From positions 124,001 through 188,000 of the forward strand of contig NW_027117341.1 of assembly GCF_038025025.1 (NCBI RefSeq): a stretch of 64,000 nt of DNA, given 5' to 3'. The position numbers were made by a program, and so were the translations under genes. Source of the DNA: Phyllosticta citribraziliensis (Eukaryota). This document shows positions 47,423-58,332 of the stretch, one piece after another; position 1 is the stretch's first letter, and every line of letters begins with the position of its first letter. The notes under the pieces were generated by a model. The model worked only from the letters and a program-made list of their open reading frames with translations. It did no database searches and was not told where the DNA came from.

Positions 47423-50400
47423 CTACTCTTCATCCGAAAATACTTCCTCTCCGCGCTTGCGACGCGCCATCCTATAGAAAAGGTTAGCATGGAGTCCTGG
47501 GGGCCGAGGGAAGGCTGGAAGAGGTGTGGTGACGGGGAAAAGGCGAGGGGGGCAAGTCGGGGCAGAATCGACATGGAACCCGGCCGATGCGACGACTGGA
47601 GTGAAAGAGGAAAGAGGGGAGAGGTAACAGTGGAAGTGAAAGAGTGATGGGTGGTATGAGGGGGCGGGGTATCCAGGGGTTGACATACCTGTCCTTCTTC
47701 TTCTTGCGGAGCTCAGCCGAAGAAAGCTTTTGCTTCTTCTTGGTGCCCTCGATCTTGTTGCCCATGGCGTCGAACTTGTCCTCCTCGTCACCCTTCTCGG
47801 CGAGACGGGGACCAGAGCCCTGGCCGGCAACCCAGTTGTGACCGGAGGGAGTCATCTTGCCGTCAACGACAGCCCAGACTTCCTCAGTCAGGTCCTTGGT
47901 GAACTCGGCAGAGTGGGTAATGATGATGACACCACCCTCGAACGACTTGATGGCCTTGGACAGGGCACCGAGCGAGTCACGGTCGAGGTAGTTGGTGGGC
48001 TCGTCAAGGACGATCAAGTGGGGACGCTGCCACGAGCAGGCAGCAAGGACAACCTTGACACGCTGGCCACCAGACAGACCGCGCATGCGCGAGTGAGAGA
48101 CGAGCTCAGCGTCGAGACCAAAGTTGGCGCAGTGGGCCTCAATCTCCTTGCGGACCAGGGGACGGAACTGACCGCTGGCGAGGGCCTCCTTCTGGTCGAC
48201 ATCGGCGACCATCTTGCCGTGAGAGGCAATCAGCTCGTTACGGGGAATCCAGGCGTTGTCGGCGGTCATCATGGGAGTCCACCTCTCGCCCTTCATGCCA
48301 ATGTTGTCACCAAGGGCGAACGAACACTCGTACTCGTAGCTGTTCTTGAACTTTCTACGCGAGTGGATGCCAATGACGCGGCGCGAGGTACCCTCGATCT
48401 TGAAGATCTTGTCCATGGCCTTCTCATCCTCCTCAGTGATGATCTTGTTGGCGCGGTCCATGGTCTCACGGTCCTCGCCAGTCTGGAAACGCCACTGGAT
48501 GTACTCGGAGGGGGTCTTGTCGAGGTGGTGGTCAATGTGGGCAAAGGCGTGCTGCTTGATGTAGGCGATACGGATGTTCTCGTGCTGGTAGACCTCACCG
48601 AGGGTGGGGATGAGCTCACCAGTCAGGACGTTGACCAGGGTGGACTTGCCGGCACCGTTGGGGCCAATGACGGCAATACGGGAGCCGAGCGAGCACTGGA
48701 AGGTAATGTCGCTGATTTGGGGCTTGGAGGTACCGGGGTACTGGAAGGTCATGTTGGAGACACGAACAATGGCCTTGGCCTTGGTCTTGACACCCTCAAG
48801 GAAACCGGGCTCGGGGAACTTGAACTCCATCTCGGAGGCGCTGAGCTCGTAGTAGGAGCGGGCAGAGGGAACCTTCTTGACGAACTCGGACAAAGTACCA
48901 CGGTAACGCTTAAGCTTGAAGCGCTCAATGTGGATGACGTGCTGGATGACATTGTCCAAGAACCTGGTGTCGTGAGAGATGATGATGGAAGTGCAAGGAG
49001 AGGTCTTGAGGTAGTTCTCCAACCAGGCAACGTTCTTGACGTCCAAGTGGTTGGTGGGCTCGTCGAGCAGGAGGATATCGGGCTCCTCGAAGACGGCACG
49101 AGCAAGAGCCAGCTTCATCTTCCATCCACCGGAAAGCGAGGTGATGGGAGCGTTGAGCTGCTCAGGGTCGAAGCCGAACTCGACAAGCTTCTCCCGGACG
49201 TCCTCCTCGGTCTTGGTGATACCGACGGACTCGAGCTTCTTCATGGTCCAGCCAATGACAGTCTGCTCAGTGTCGGCAGAGTCAAGGTCGTGCTCGACGT
49301 AGACAGTCTTGACCTCGTTCTGCTTGGGGAAACCCTCGACCTGCTCGTTGTTGATGGCGCGCATGAGGGTGGTCTTTCCGGCACCGTTGGGGCCGAGCAG
49401 ACCGTAGCGCTGGCCACGCTTCAGGCGGAGATGGGTCTGGTTGAGCAGAATCTTGGCACCGTAGGCAAGGTTGAACGTGCAGTTGCAGAGGTCCTCACCC
49501 TCCTCCTCGTCCGAGGCAATCTCGCCAGACTCCTCGAAACCGGGCAGAGTCTTCTTGCGGAGCTGCTCGGCAGCGTCCTTGGCCTTCTCGTCGCCGACGA
49601 TGGCGGCGAGGTAGGGAGAGGTGCTCTGGAACCAGATGCTGTGCTCCGACTCCTTCTCGTCAACGAGCTGACCAGCAATGGCGGAGATGTACTCGAAGAT
49701 GGGCTCAAACTTGTCGTTCTTGGCCTTGTCGCCGATGATGGACTTCAGGATGGGCAGGATGGTGGAAACGTGGCTGGCGTTGGAAACCTCGGGGAGCTTT
49801 CCGTCGACAATGTTACCAACACGCTCGAGGGTCTCGATGGCCTGCTGGGTCTTGCCACGGGCCTCGGGGTCGGCGAGAGTGTCGTTGTTCTTGACAAGCG
49901 CGGGGTAGAGCTTGGGCAAGAAAGAGGCGACAATGTTGGGGTCCTCGACGAGCTTGCACATGTTGTCGATGATGACGGCCGACTTACGCTTGATGGCAGT
50001 CTCGCGCTCGACAAGACCACGCTCAAGCAGGGGCACCATGATGGCGAGGGTGGGCTCGTGGACGTCAGTGACGAAAGTGGTGGCACCGAGCAAGTGGACC
50101 GTCTCGGGGACGTTCTCAGGCTTGGCGATACACTTGATGAGCTCGGGAATGAAGCGCTCGATATCCTTGTTGGAGATGAGCTCGCAGAGCTTCTCCATGG
50201 TGTGGTAGGCGGCCTTCTTGACCTCGGCCTTGGTGTCCCACATGACCTCGGAAACGACGGGGATCAGGTCGGGGACGCGGAAGCCCATCTGAGCAGGCGA
50301 CTTCTCGCACAGAATCTCAATGGCCTTGAGGTCGGTCATCTTCTCGGGCCACTTCTGGGCGTTGCGGAGCGAGTCGACGATGGGCGGCAGGACGACCTTG

Positions 50401-50884
50401 AGCGAGTTGGCGGCGACGGCGCCAACGATGGCCTCGGCAGCCGCCTGAGCGGCGTTCTTGACGGGGGTCATCTTGTCGCCAATGGCGGCCAGAGTGACGG
50501 GGAGGAGGGCGACGAGGTAGGGCTCGACGGCAGGGGAAACGCTCGAGTGGGACGCAATAGCGCGGATGGCGTCCAGCGCCCGCTCCCTCGCGAGGGCATC
50601 CTTCTTGCTGGCAAGCTGCTTCTTCAGCAGCGCGACAGCCCTGCGAGGCGTTTGTTAGCAGGTGAAACGAGCGGGCGAGGTGTCGCGACTTACTGGGTGG
50701 GAGCATCGCCCTCCTCGATGTCGCCGTTGATGAAGGTGGCGAGGTCATTGGAAGAGGCGTTGATCTCATCCTGGGCCTTGGAGATGGTGAGCTTGTTGAG
50801 GAGCTCCTCCAGGACCTTGACGCTCTTCTGGTTCTCGGCCTTGACCTGGCCGGGCGTGTGGGCGGCGTCGACAGCGGGAGCCAT
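47423..50884 (-). CDS. YEF3: Translation elongation factor 3
   Basis: HEAT N terminus, two ABC domains ([26 protein letters not shown]), chromo insert, last exon [15 protein letters not shown]. Introns 50641-50693 and 47472-47688. Confidence 0.97.
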
Positions 50885-53605
50885 GTTGTTGGTTGGGCGA
50901 GTTGCGCTTGGAGGAAAAAAAGCGACGGTCGGGGCGGGTCGAGGTTATAAAGGGAAAACCTTTGTGGGTCCGTGAAAACTCTAAGCGGAAATCTAGAGCT
51001 CGGGTATCAAGAGCGGCGACTTGGCCACGGCGGTCCAACGCGGAGGCAGACCAGATCTATTGAAGACCAGAAAATAAAGAAACGCGCGGAGGAGGGGGGA
51101 GAGGAGAGGAGAGTGTCGGGAGTGGCGGGTCAGTTAGAGGGCGGAGGGTGGGCAGGCAAGGCTTTTATCGCCCAAGACCAGAAAAATTCACACGGCGCAA
51201 AGTCAGCACGCCCAGGCATTGTGCGTGGGAATACAACCACCCGCCTCCGATTGGCTGGGAGCGTTGACCGCCCGGTCAGAACCGCCATCAAAACACGCTG
51301 ACTCGGTAATGTAACCGCGGGTCTTTGCCACCGCCCCTTGGCCGCCGTCCCTCGTCTTCACCTCGCCCCCCATTCCGGTAGCCTTGACGAATGTGGCTCT
51401 CTCTCGCTGCCGCACGGCCCTGGGCTCTTCCCAACATCCATCACGTCCACGACAAACTCTTCATCCATCTCGAGCCGTTCTGTTGTTGACGCGCCCGAGG
51501 CCAGCTCTCTCACTCGCCTCCCGGTCGGCACTTCAGCTTAGCCCCAACACAAACACCATGCACCACTACCGCACGCTTACCTTGTCACACACCGACTCAA
51601 GCTCTTCAGCCTCGATGCGCCGCCCGCCGAACCCTTCCAGAACTTTGTCCGACGCCTGAGCGGACCTTTTCGACACCTCTCTCGGCTGTCGCCCTGTCGC
51701 CCGCCTCGTGCCTGGATTGCTCGCTTGTCAACCTGCTCATTTCTTCTTCTTCTCCTTTTCTTTTCCCCGTCGCCGCATGAAGCGTGCAAGGTTTCGTCGC
51801 TGCTTCTGTCGTACCTCGCGTCTGTTCCGTTTCTGCTGTCTGATGTCTCCTGCACCCACGCGCCCGGTTCGGCGTGCCTGGCCTGGCCTAGCTTGGCCCA
51901 TCGCTGCACATGGAACAATTTTCTCTAGAAGTGGCTATCCACGCAGACTCATCCACTCATCAACAGCGCTTGGACAGCGCCGTCTTCTCCCTCGCTACCC
52001 CAGATTTTCTCCGCTCCCGCTCAGATAAGGCGCTGTCCTTGGCGCTGTCTACCTCACTAGCCCCGTCTGACTGTGCACTTGATTTGAACAGTAATTGTTG
52101 CCCTTTATTACCCAGACTTCGTCTTGTTTGCTGGGGTTGTCTGTCGTCAGCTCAGCATGACTGCAGCAAGTGTGACTAGTTACGGTTCCTCGAGTCGACG
52201 ATCATGTTTTCCCCATCCGTGCGCCGTCGACGGTGTCGATGCTTTTTGCGTGTGTTTGGAAGCGCTCGGTGTCTATAACAAGGCGCTTTGTTGTGAGCGG
52301 TGTTCGACTTTGGACACCCAAAGGTGACACCGGTGCGGACTTGGCCGCAAAAAGTCACGGGACCTGCAACTCTGGACCAGTACGCGGATAAGTCGTCTGC
52401 TTCAACCGCAGTGGTCGAGAAGCATTTTTGCAGTTGATGGGTCCTCATCAAGAGACTGAGACTGGACATTCGTTGACCAGGCTCTTCACGGAAATGACTG
52501 CTGTTACAACACCTGTCGTATCAAGCCTCGACCTGCCAAAAAGACAACTGCCGGGACTTCAACAACAATCTTCCATGCCCAGACGGTATGAAAAGAACTT
52601 GGATGAGCGGTGGATGACTGCAAAATCTCATTCCTGCGCCGGCAATGCCATGTAAGTTATTTCAAGTCTATTCTCGGCAGCTTACTGGAGTTCGTTTCCC
52701 GTCATGATTCCGCGCCGAATTCTATGGCCCTCGGCGCCAGAGTCAGCGGGAAGCCAGCGGAATTTTCTTCTGAAAGAGATGGGGACAAGGAACGTTCATC
52801 AGCCTGAGACTTCACGAAGCTGGCCGCAGTACTCGCCGCTGCCATTTGCATCAAACACCCGACTGAAAGATCTTGCCAAATTTACGTGACTACATCGTTT
52901 TCAAAGCTTTGCTAAAGCTTTCTGTGTTGACAGCCGCTGGCGCTTCACGACTGGACGCACCCGACGCGGAGTTGAATTTCGCTTCTATTGAATTGGTGAT
53001 TCCTCCCCCGAATTGGGCATGGTCTGACAGTGAACGGAGATGGAAAGGCACTGTCTTTGTGCTCTATACCAACTTTGCCGTCGAATACCTTTCAATCGTT
53101 GCTTACAGTAAAATGGTCCTTCCAAAGTTCGCCGCGGCTGTTCAATCCACACTGAACCTTGACGGCAGGGGGCATACCTACTTGCGGACAAAGTCTGCGA
53201 GGAGTTTTCCTTTACACTTTTCTTCCCACGAGATCTGGAAAAGCTCTCTAATGGCAGGTCGAGGCCCGTAGCATCGTCATCAATAGGGGGCTAGAAAGCA
53301 CTCAGTCACCTACTCGCGGATCGAGGGTCAGTGCGGACTTTCACTTGCAGCCTTCGCATGGCAGCCAAAGAACCAGGTGGTGCAGCTATCGTGCAGACTT
53401 GAGAACTCACAGTAAAAGCACGGTCGACGCAGTCACCTGCGATGATGTCGCCGCCGTAACGCAAAGTCCCAAAGGGGGCGCCGAGAGGTCTACGCCGCCC
53501 ACAAACCGTACAATCAAAATCAACATGGCTGGCCAAACATTTCCGACTCTTCCCTCTCCCTGTCGCTCTTCAAGACAATACCGCAACAACACCAGTCCTT
53601 TGGCA

Positions 53606-54612
53606 ATGGCCTCGCCTCGCGATCCGGTCGCTGGACCATCTGGCAAAGAGGTGGAAGCGAACAACGGAGAGATCGGTCGCCCAACGCCTCCCAACTCGAT
53701 TCAACTGGAGCTGGCGCTTGGTGGTAGCGTTTTGGTCAAGATTGGCGACAGCAACGTCAAGCTCGCCATTCACTATGACGGCCTGAACCGCATCAGGTTC
53801 TCCATTGATGAATCCGACCACCTTTACCCCCTGACGGTAAGTCAAGGCCAAAGTTTTCATGGACCTGCGACTAATGCATTCACCTTTCACGACAGATCAA
53901 GCGCCCTGAAGGTATCGATGTCCTCCTCTCATCGCGCCACTACGGCCACAAGTTCGACTTCATCAACCTTCCGGCCGAGCTTCGCAACAAGATCTACGCC
54001 CTCGTCTTTCCGAACGTGTCCGGGCCTACCACCGAGGTGTTCCGCAACAAGAGGGCTCTGAAGCCATTGCAATTTCTGGCGCGCCTCAACAAGACGGTCA
54101 CCGGTGGATCCGCTCTCACCTTCCTCAACCACCAGACCGTTGCGGAGACCCTCGCGTTCCTCCTGAACAGCAAGCGCTTCATCATCCCGGGCGACAAGCA
54201 AGCTCTGGCTTTCTTCAAGTCTCTCGGCCCCGCCGGCCTCGCCAACTTCAGAGGCCCGCTCGTCTTCAGGCTCCACCACTGGGAAAGGGCTGATCTCGCC
54301 GTCCACTGGTCCAACCTTTTCATCAGCTGCCGCAACCTCCGCGAGCTCGTCTTCGAGGGCCACTCCGACGCCTACTACACGTTCGGCTCGAACAACCCGT
54401 TCTTCAAGCTCAGCGGTTGCGGCGCCGAGGCCAAGTTCCCCAAGCTGGAGAGGCTCGTCTTCAATCCGCCCATCGACGAGGAGGTCCACGCCGCCTTTCT
54501 CCACTTCCTCACCGGCGAAGACGACGGCGATGGCGAATTCGACCACCTTCTCATGATGAAGGCGGTTTATGCCGCCGTCAAAACGGCCAACACGACTCGA
54601 TTTTCGGCTTGA
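53606..54612 (+). CDS. Hypothetical protein with F-box-like motif
   Basis: Intron 53837-53895 joins the first exon to FDFINLPAELRNKIYALVF. Confidence 0.7.
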
Positions 54613-55271
54613 AATTCTGCCTCTTCTTGATGGGAATGGCACGACGCAACGAAGTCATACGGTTCACGAGCAGGGAGTTGTATAATATAGTCTTGGAGCT
54701 TTCATTCAAACACCGTTCCTCTCTCTCCCTCTCTCTATCTCTCTCCTTTCGTTCCCCGACAAAGTGCTATTTCAGTGATCATGATGCCCTCAAATGTTTC
54801 CCACGATGCCTCCACGTTCTCTGCCAAACCTATTTATCAAACCATGTAAAACCACGGTGCTGACGGGAGACAGACAAGGAAGGAGCCCAACGGTCCACTC
54901 CGTCCGCCGCACACCAGCATGATTGCTGGCTTTCTTGCCATCCGCCCGCGTCTCCGCATCTCTTCCAGAAGCACCGAGCAATGTCTAGTGTACCGCCATC
55001 CACCTGCTTGTCTTGCGCCGCCATTGCCAACGTAGGTAAAACCACTTTCAACATTACTCTCATTTGGGTTTGTCGACAGAAAGCCTGCGCAATGTCTAAC
55101 AAATCAGTAGTCTTTACGTTCTCTCTTCTCTCCACGTCCGCCCGCCCGTCCATCCGTTGTACAAACGAATTCGTTCTTCCATAAGCCACTGCTGCTAAAC
55201 GATCCCGCCTTCTTGAAACCTCTGCGTCACCTCGAGATTGAGGTCTCTCTCCGCTCACCATTACCAGAGCC

Positions 55272-57812
55272 CTACGCCTCGCTGGGTTCGCTTGAAGACG
55301 ATGACACCGAGTCCCGACCTGCGCCCGCTGCCGGACTGCTGAAAAGCTCGCCCGTGCCCGTGTACACCAGCAGTGCCCGTTTGGCCAACTCTTCGGCCGG
55401 TGACAGAAATTCACCCTCTGCAAGCGGCTCTCCTTTCTGCTTTGGCTTCGGCTTTGGCTTTGGCTTCGGCTTCTCAGCGCTCCTCTCACGGCCGAGGAGT
55501 TTGTCAACCTTGCCAGGACCATGGCGCGCACTCTTCTTCATCTTCCCCGATCCCGATGGTCGCGGCATGGGAGACATCCAGTCTTCCATTGGGAAGTGCG
55601 GCGGCGGAGGCATTGGCGGAGGCATTGGCGGAGGCATTGACGGAGGCATTGACGGAGGCATTTGTGGAGGCTGAGGCGGCGGTTCTGGATCTTCCATGGG
55701 CCACATATCCATCGTGACTTGCCAGCCCGGCTGCACAAGCACGTTCCAGATCTGAGGAAGAATGATTTCGCCGCTTGGACCGACCAAGTCATAGAAGCCG
55801 TCGCGAACAAGGGGGCCGAGCACATCGACGTGTGAGAAGGCCTGGTTTATCAACTCCTCCACACCCTTCCATGTGCAGCTGATGTGCCAGGGGAATATGA
55901 ATTTGCGGCCAACTGCGTCCTTGAAGGCGATTGGTAGCTTCTTCTCCTCGGCCTTGGGGGCAGCGGCAGCATCCGCTTTCTTTGCGGCTTCTTCCTTTAC
56001 TTTGGCATCTTCTTCTGCTCTCGTTTCTGCTTCCTCCCTTGCTCTTTTGGCGGCGTCGAGTAGTTTTGCGGCGTCTTCAGCTGCCTTCTGCTTCTCAGCA
56101 GCTTCCTCTGTCCTCTCCGGTGCGCGCTGGGCTTTCATTGCCTCTTCGTGCGCAATTTGCTCATCCCGCAATGCAGTGATGCTCTCGCGGATCTCGAGGA
56201 GCTGATTGTTTTGGCCGCTCCTCCTTTCTTCTTCGGCCGCTTCTTTCATCGCAGCCAGCTCTTCAACCATCGCTTTGGCTTCTTGCAGAGCTTTCAGAAC
56301 GTCAGATCCCAACTGTTTCTGTTGCCCTTCTGATCGCAGCGAACTTTGCTCGTCCTGAATTATCTCTTTGCTGGCACGCTTCCTAACGCGCTGGTCTACC
56401 CCGCCTTGGAGACGCGCCGTGCTGCGCAAGACCTTATTTTCAATCTTCAACTGGGCGCTCTGGGACACAAATGTGCTGAAATCCTCAAGAGTCCTTGTCA
56501 ATTCACGATCAGGGTCAATGATGCGTCGACAGCGTTTCAAGACGGCGAGCACGCCGGAAACATCACTTGCCTGGCCCGACTCTTTTCTCAAAAGCCGCGA
56601 TATCCACGACTTCCTCCGGCTTGGCATTGGATCGAGCAGCGACGCCGTCCAGAAGAAGTCGTCCGCGGTGTCATGCTGACATATTTGCGTTATCAAGTCT
56701 TTGCACGGCTGCGGGAGGGTCTGAAAGGTGCGCATCGCCTCTTGTGCAGCATGCTTGCGATCCAGACGCTTTGCGAGCTCCTGCAGCGGGTATTCCCATT
56801 CGCAAGACGTCCACTCTTCCGACCCGTTTTTGCTCAGCAGGAAGGAGCGTGTGGTTGCGACGCCATCCTGACTTTCCTCGTCGCGCAGGAGATGTGGAAT
56901 CTGCGCATCACGCTTTTTCCGCAAGCTGGACTGCAGCTTCGGACGACGGGAGCCCTGTTCGACTTGATTGCGCAGGAGACGGTGCCAGAGTGGACTGTCT
57001 CCCAGATTCTCGAATTTGGCCGACTTCGTCGAAGAGTTTTCTGGCGAACCGTTCTGCCGACTTGGAGTGGAAGAAGATGTCGTGAAAGACTCTCTCCTTG
57101 AGGCTGATGACGGTGAGGAAGCTTCTGGAGACCCCCCAGAGCTTGCCGCCATGACGCCCACGTCGCTCCCCATGGCACTCGAAGATCTAGAGCCTTCATC
57201 GACATCAGAAGGGTCTTCCTCCCCGGGCACAAAATACTCCACCGCAGTGCCCGTGTCCACGAACAACTGGAACAACCCCACCAACTCCCTCACCCTCTTT
57301 TTCTTCTCCTCGTCTCGGTGTGCAACCTGAATACTGTACACCTGCAGCGCAATCACGACGCTGTTGTTGACGGCCTCCAAATCGCGCGTCACGGCCTCGA
57401 ATCCGCTCTTATGCCGTGCCCAATCCACCTTGCGAAAAACCGACCTCTCGATATCGGCGGCGCGCAATTTGTAAAATTGACCCGCGCCCAGCGGTGCCGC
57501 CGCTGCCGCTGCATCCGCGCGCACCGTCGCGCCCGCCTTGAGCAGCAGCAGCCGCAGGCGCTCGAGGACGTCCTCGCACTCGGCGCGCGACGCGCGCACC
57601 AGGCGCAGGCCGTTCGCGTCGAAGCCGCGCGTGCGTCTGTTCTCGTCGATGACGCGGTCCAGCTCCTTGACGACCAGCACCGTCCGCTCGATGGCGGTGA
57701 TGAGCTTGCGCGCGTCGGCCGCCCCGCCGTGGATGGAGGCGGCGACGCGGGAGACGGCGCTCGCGCAGCTCAGCCCGAATTCGACGAGCCCGACGATGCT
57801 GGCTGGGTCCAT
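55272..57812 (-). CDS. Helo-like/fungal STAND N-terminal domain, coiled coil and ubiquitin-like domain protein
   Basis: MDPASIVGLV.. helical N terminus; PIAFKDAVGRKFIFPW..TWKGVEELINQAF..GFYDL..GEIILPQIW..VQPGW.VTM.MWP. Confidence 0.8.
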   Translation of the reverse strand: MDPASIVGLVEFGLSCASAVSRVAASIHGGAADARKLITAIERTVLVVKELDRVIDENRRTRGFDANGLRLVRASRAECEDVLERLRLLLLKAGATVRADAAAAAAPLGAGQFYKLRAADIERSVFRKVDWARHKSGFEAVTRDLEAVNNSVVIALQVYSIQVAHRDEEKKKRVRELVGLFQLFVDTGTAVEYFVPGEEDPSDVDEGSRSSSAMGSDVGVMAASSGGSPEASSPSSASRRESFTTSSSTPSRQNGSPENSSTKSAKFENLGDSPLWHRLLRNQVEQGSRRPKLQSSLRKKRDAQIPHLLRDEESQDGVATTRSFLLSKNGSEEWTSCEWEYPLQELAKRLDRKHAAQEAMRTFQTLPQPCKDLITQICQHDTADDFFWTASLLDPMPSRRKSWISRLLRKESGQASDVSGVLAVLKRCRRIIDPDRELTRTLEDFSTFVSQSAQLKIENKVLRSTARLQGGVDQRVRKRASKEIIQDEQSSLRSEGQQKQLGSDVLKALQEAKAMVEELAAMKEAAEEERRSGQNNQLLEIRESITALRDEQIAHEEAMKAQRAPERTEEAAEKQKAAEDAAKLLDAAKRAREEAETRAEEDAKVKEEAAKKADAAAAPKAEEKKLPIAFKDAVGRKFIFPWHISCTWKGVEELINQAFSHVDVLGPLVRDGFYDLVGPSGEIILPQIWNVLVQPGWQVTMDMWPMEDPEPPPQPPQMPPSMPPSMPPPMPPPMPPPPHFPMEDWMSPMPRPSGSGKMKKSARHGPGKVDKLLGRERSAEKPKPKPKPKPKQKGEPLAEGEFLSPAEELAKRALLVYTGTGELFSSPAAGAGRDSVSSSSSEPSEA

Positions 57813-58332
57813 TGTGCGGCCATGCTATGTGTGGATTGGAGCCGGGAGGGAGGGGAGGGGGGGGGGTGAGGACCGAACGATCTGTGGACCCTGGAAGTGT
57901 ACGTCGTGGGCTTCTGCGCATTTTATCCCAGCGGAAAGCTGGCCGCTGTACGAAGCTGGCCGGCTGATGAGCCCATCCAGTGGGGGCCTTTTGGATGATC
58001 GGCCTGCAGATGCAGAGCGTGCATGAGATGACAGACGTGTTCGGCTCCCGAGAAACGGTAAGTATGTTCTCAACCTGCATACGGAACATGGGCGAGATGA
58101 CTCTTTGGAGAAACAACTCACGCCTTGTTTTTGTCGCATCTTATATCCGCGATTTCAACTAAAACTTTCTAGGATCGAGCTGTGAACAAGGCTATCAAGG
58201 TAGCTGGCAGCCATGCAGCAACGACAGACACCAATCGTCCCACGCGGATCAAGCGAGTCTTACAACTTGAACCTCGTCCTCTACACTTCCCCCAGACGAT
58301 GATCTCGAAGCAAGTAACGACTTCTAAGCTGG

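Noticed and set aside
47730..50975. 1081-aa plus-strand ORF
   Set aside because: Antisense shadow of the strongly codon-biased EF-3 gene
52400..53280. Possible pseudogene (132-aa ORF at 52873)
   Set aside because: No ATG start, motif or splice support
55430..55680. 12-bp and 6-bp tandem repeats
   Set aside because: Simple coding repeats (PPSM/PPPM, KP) inside the Helo-like gene
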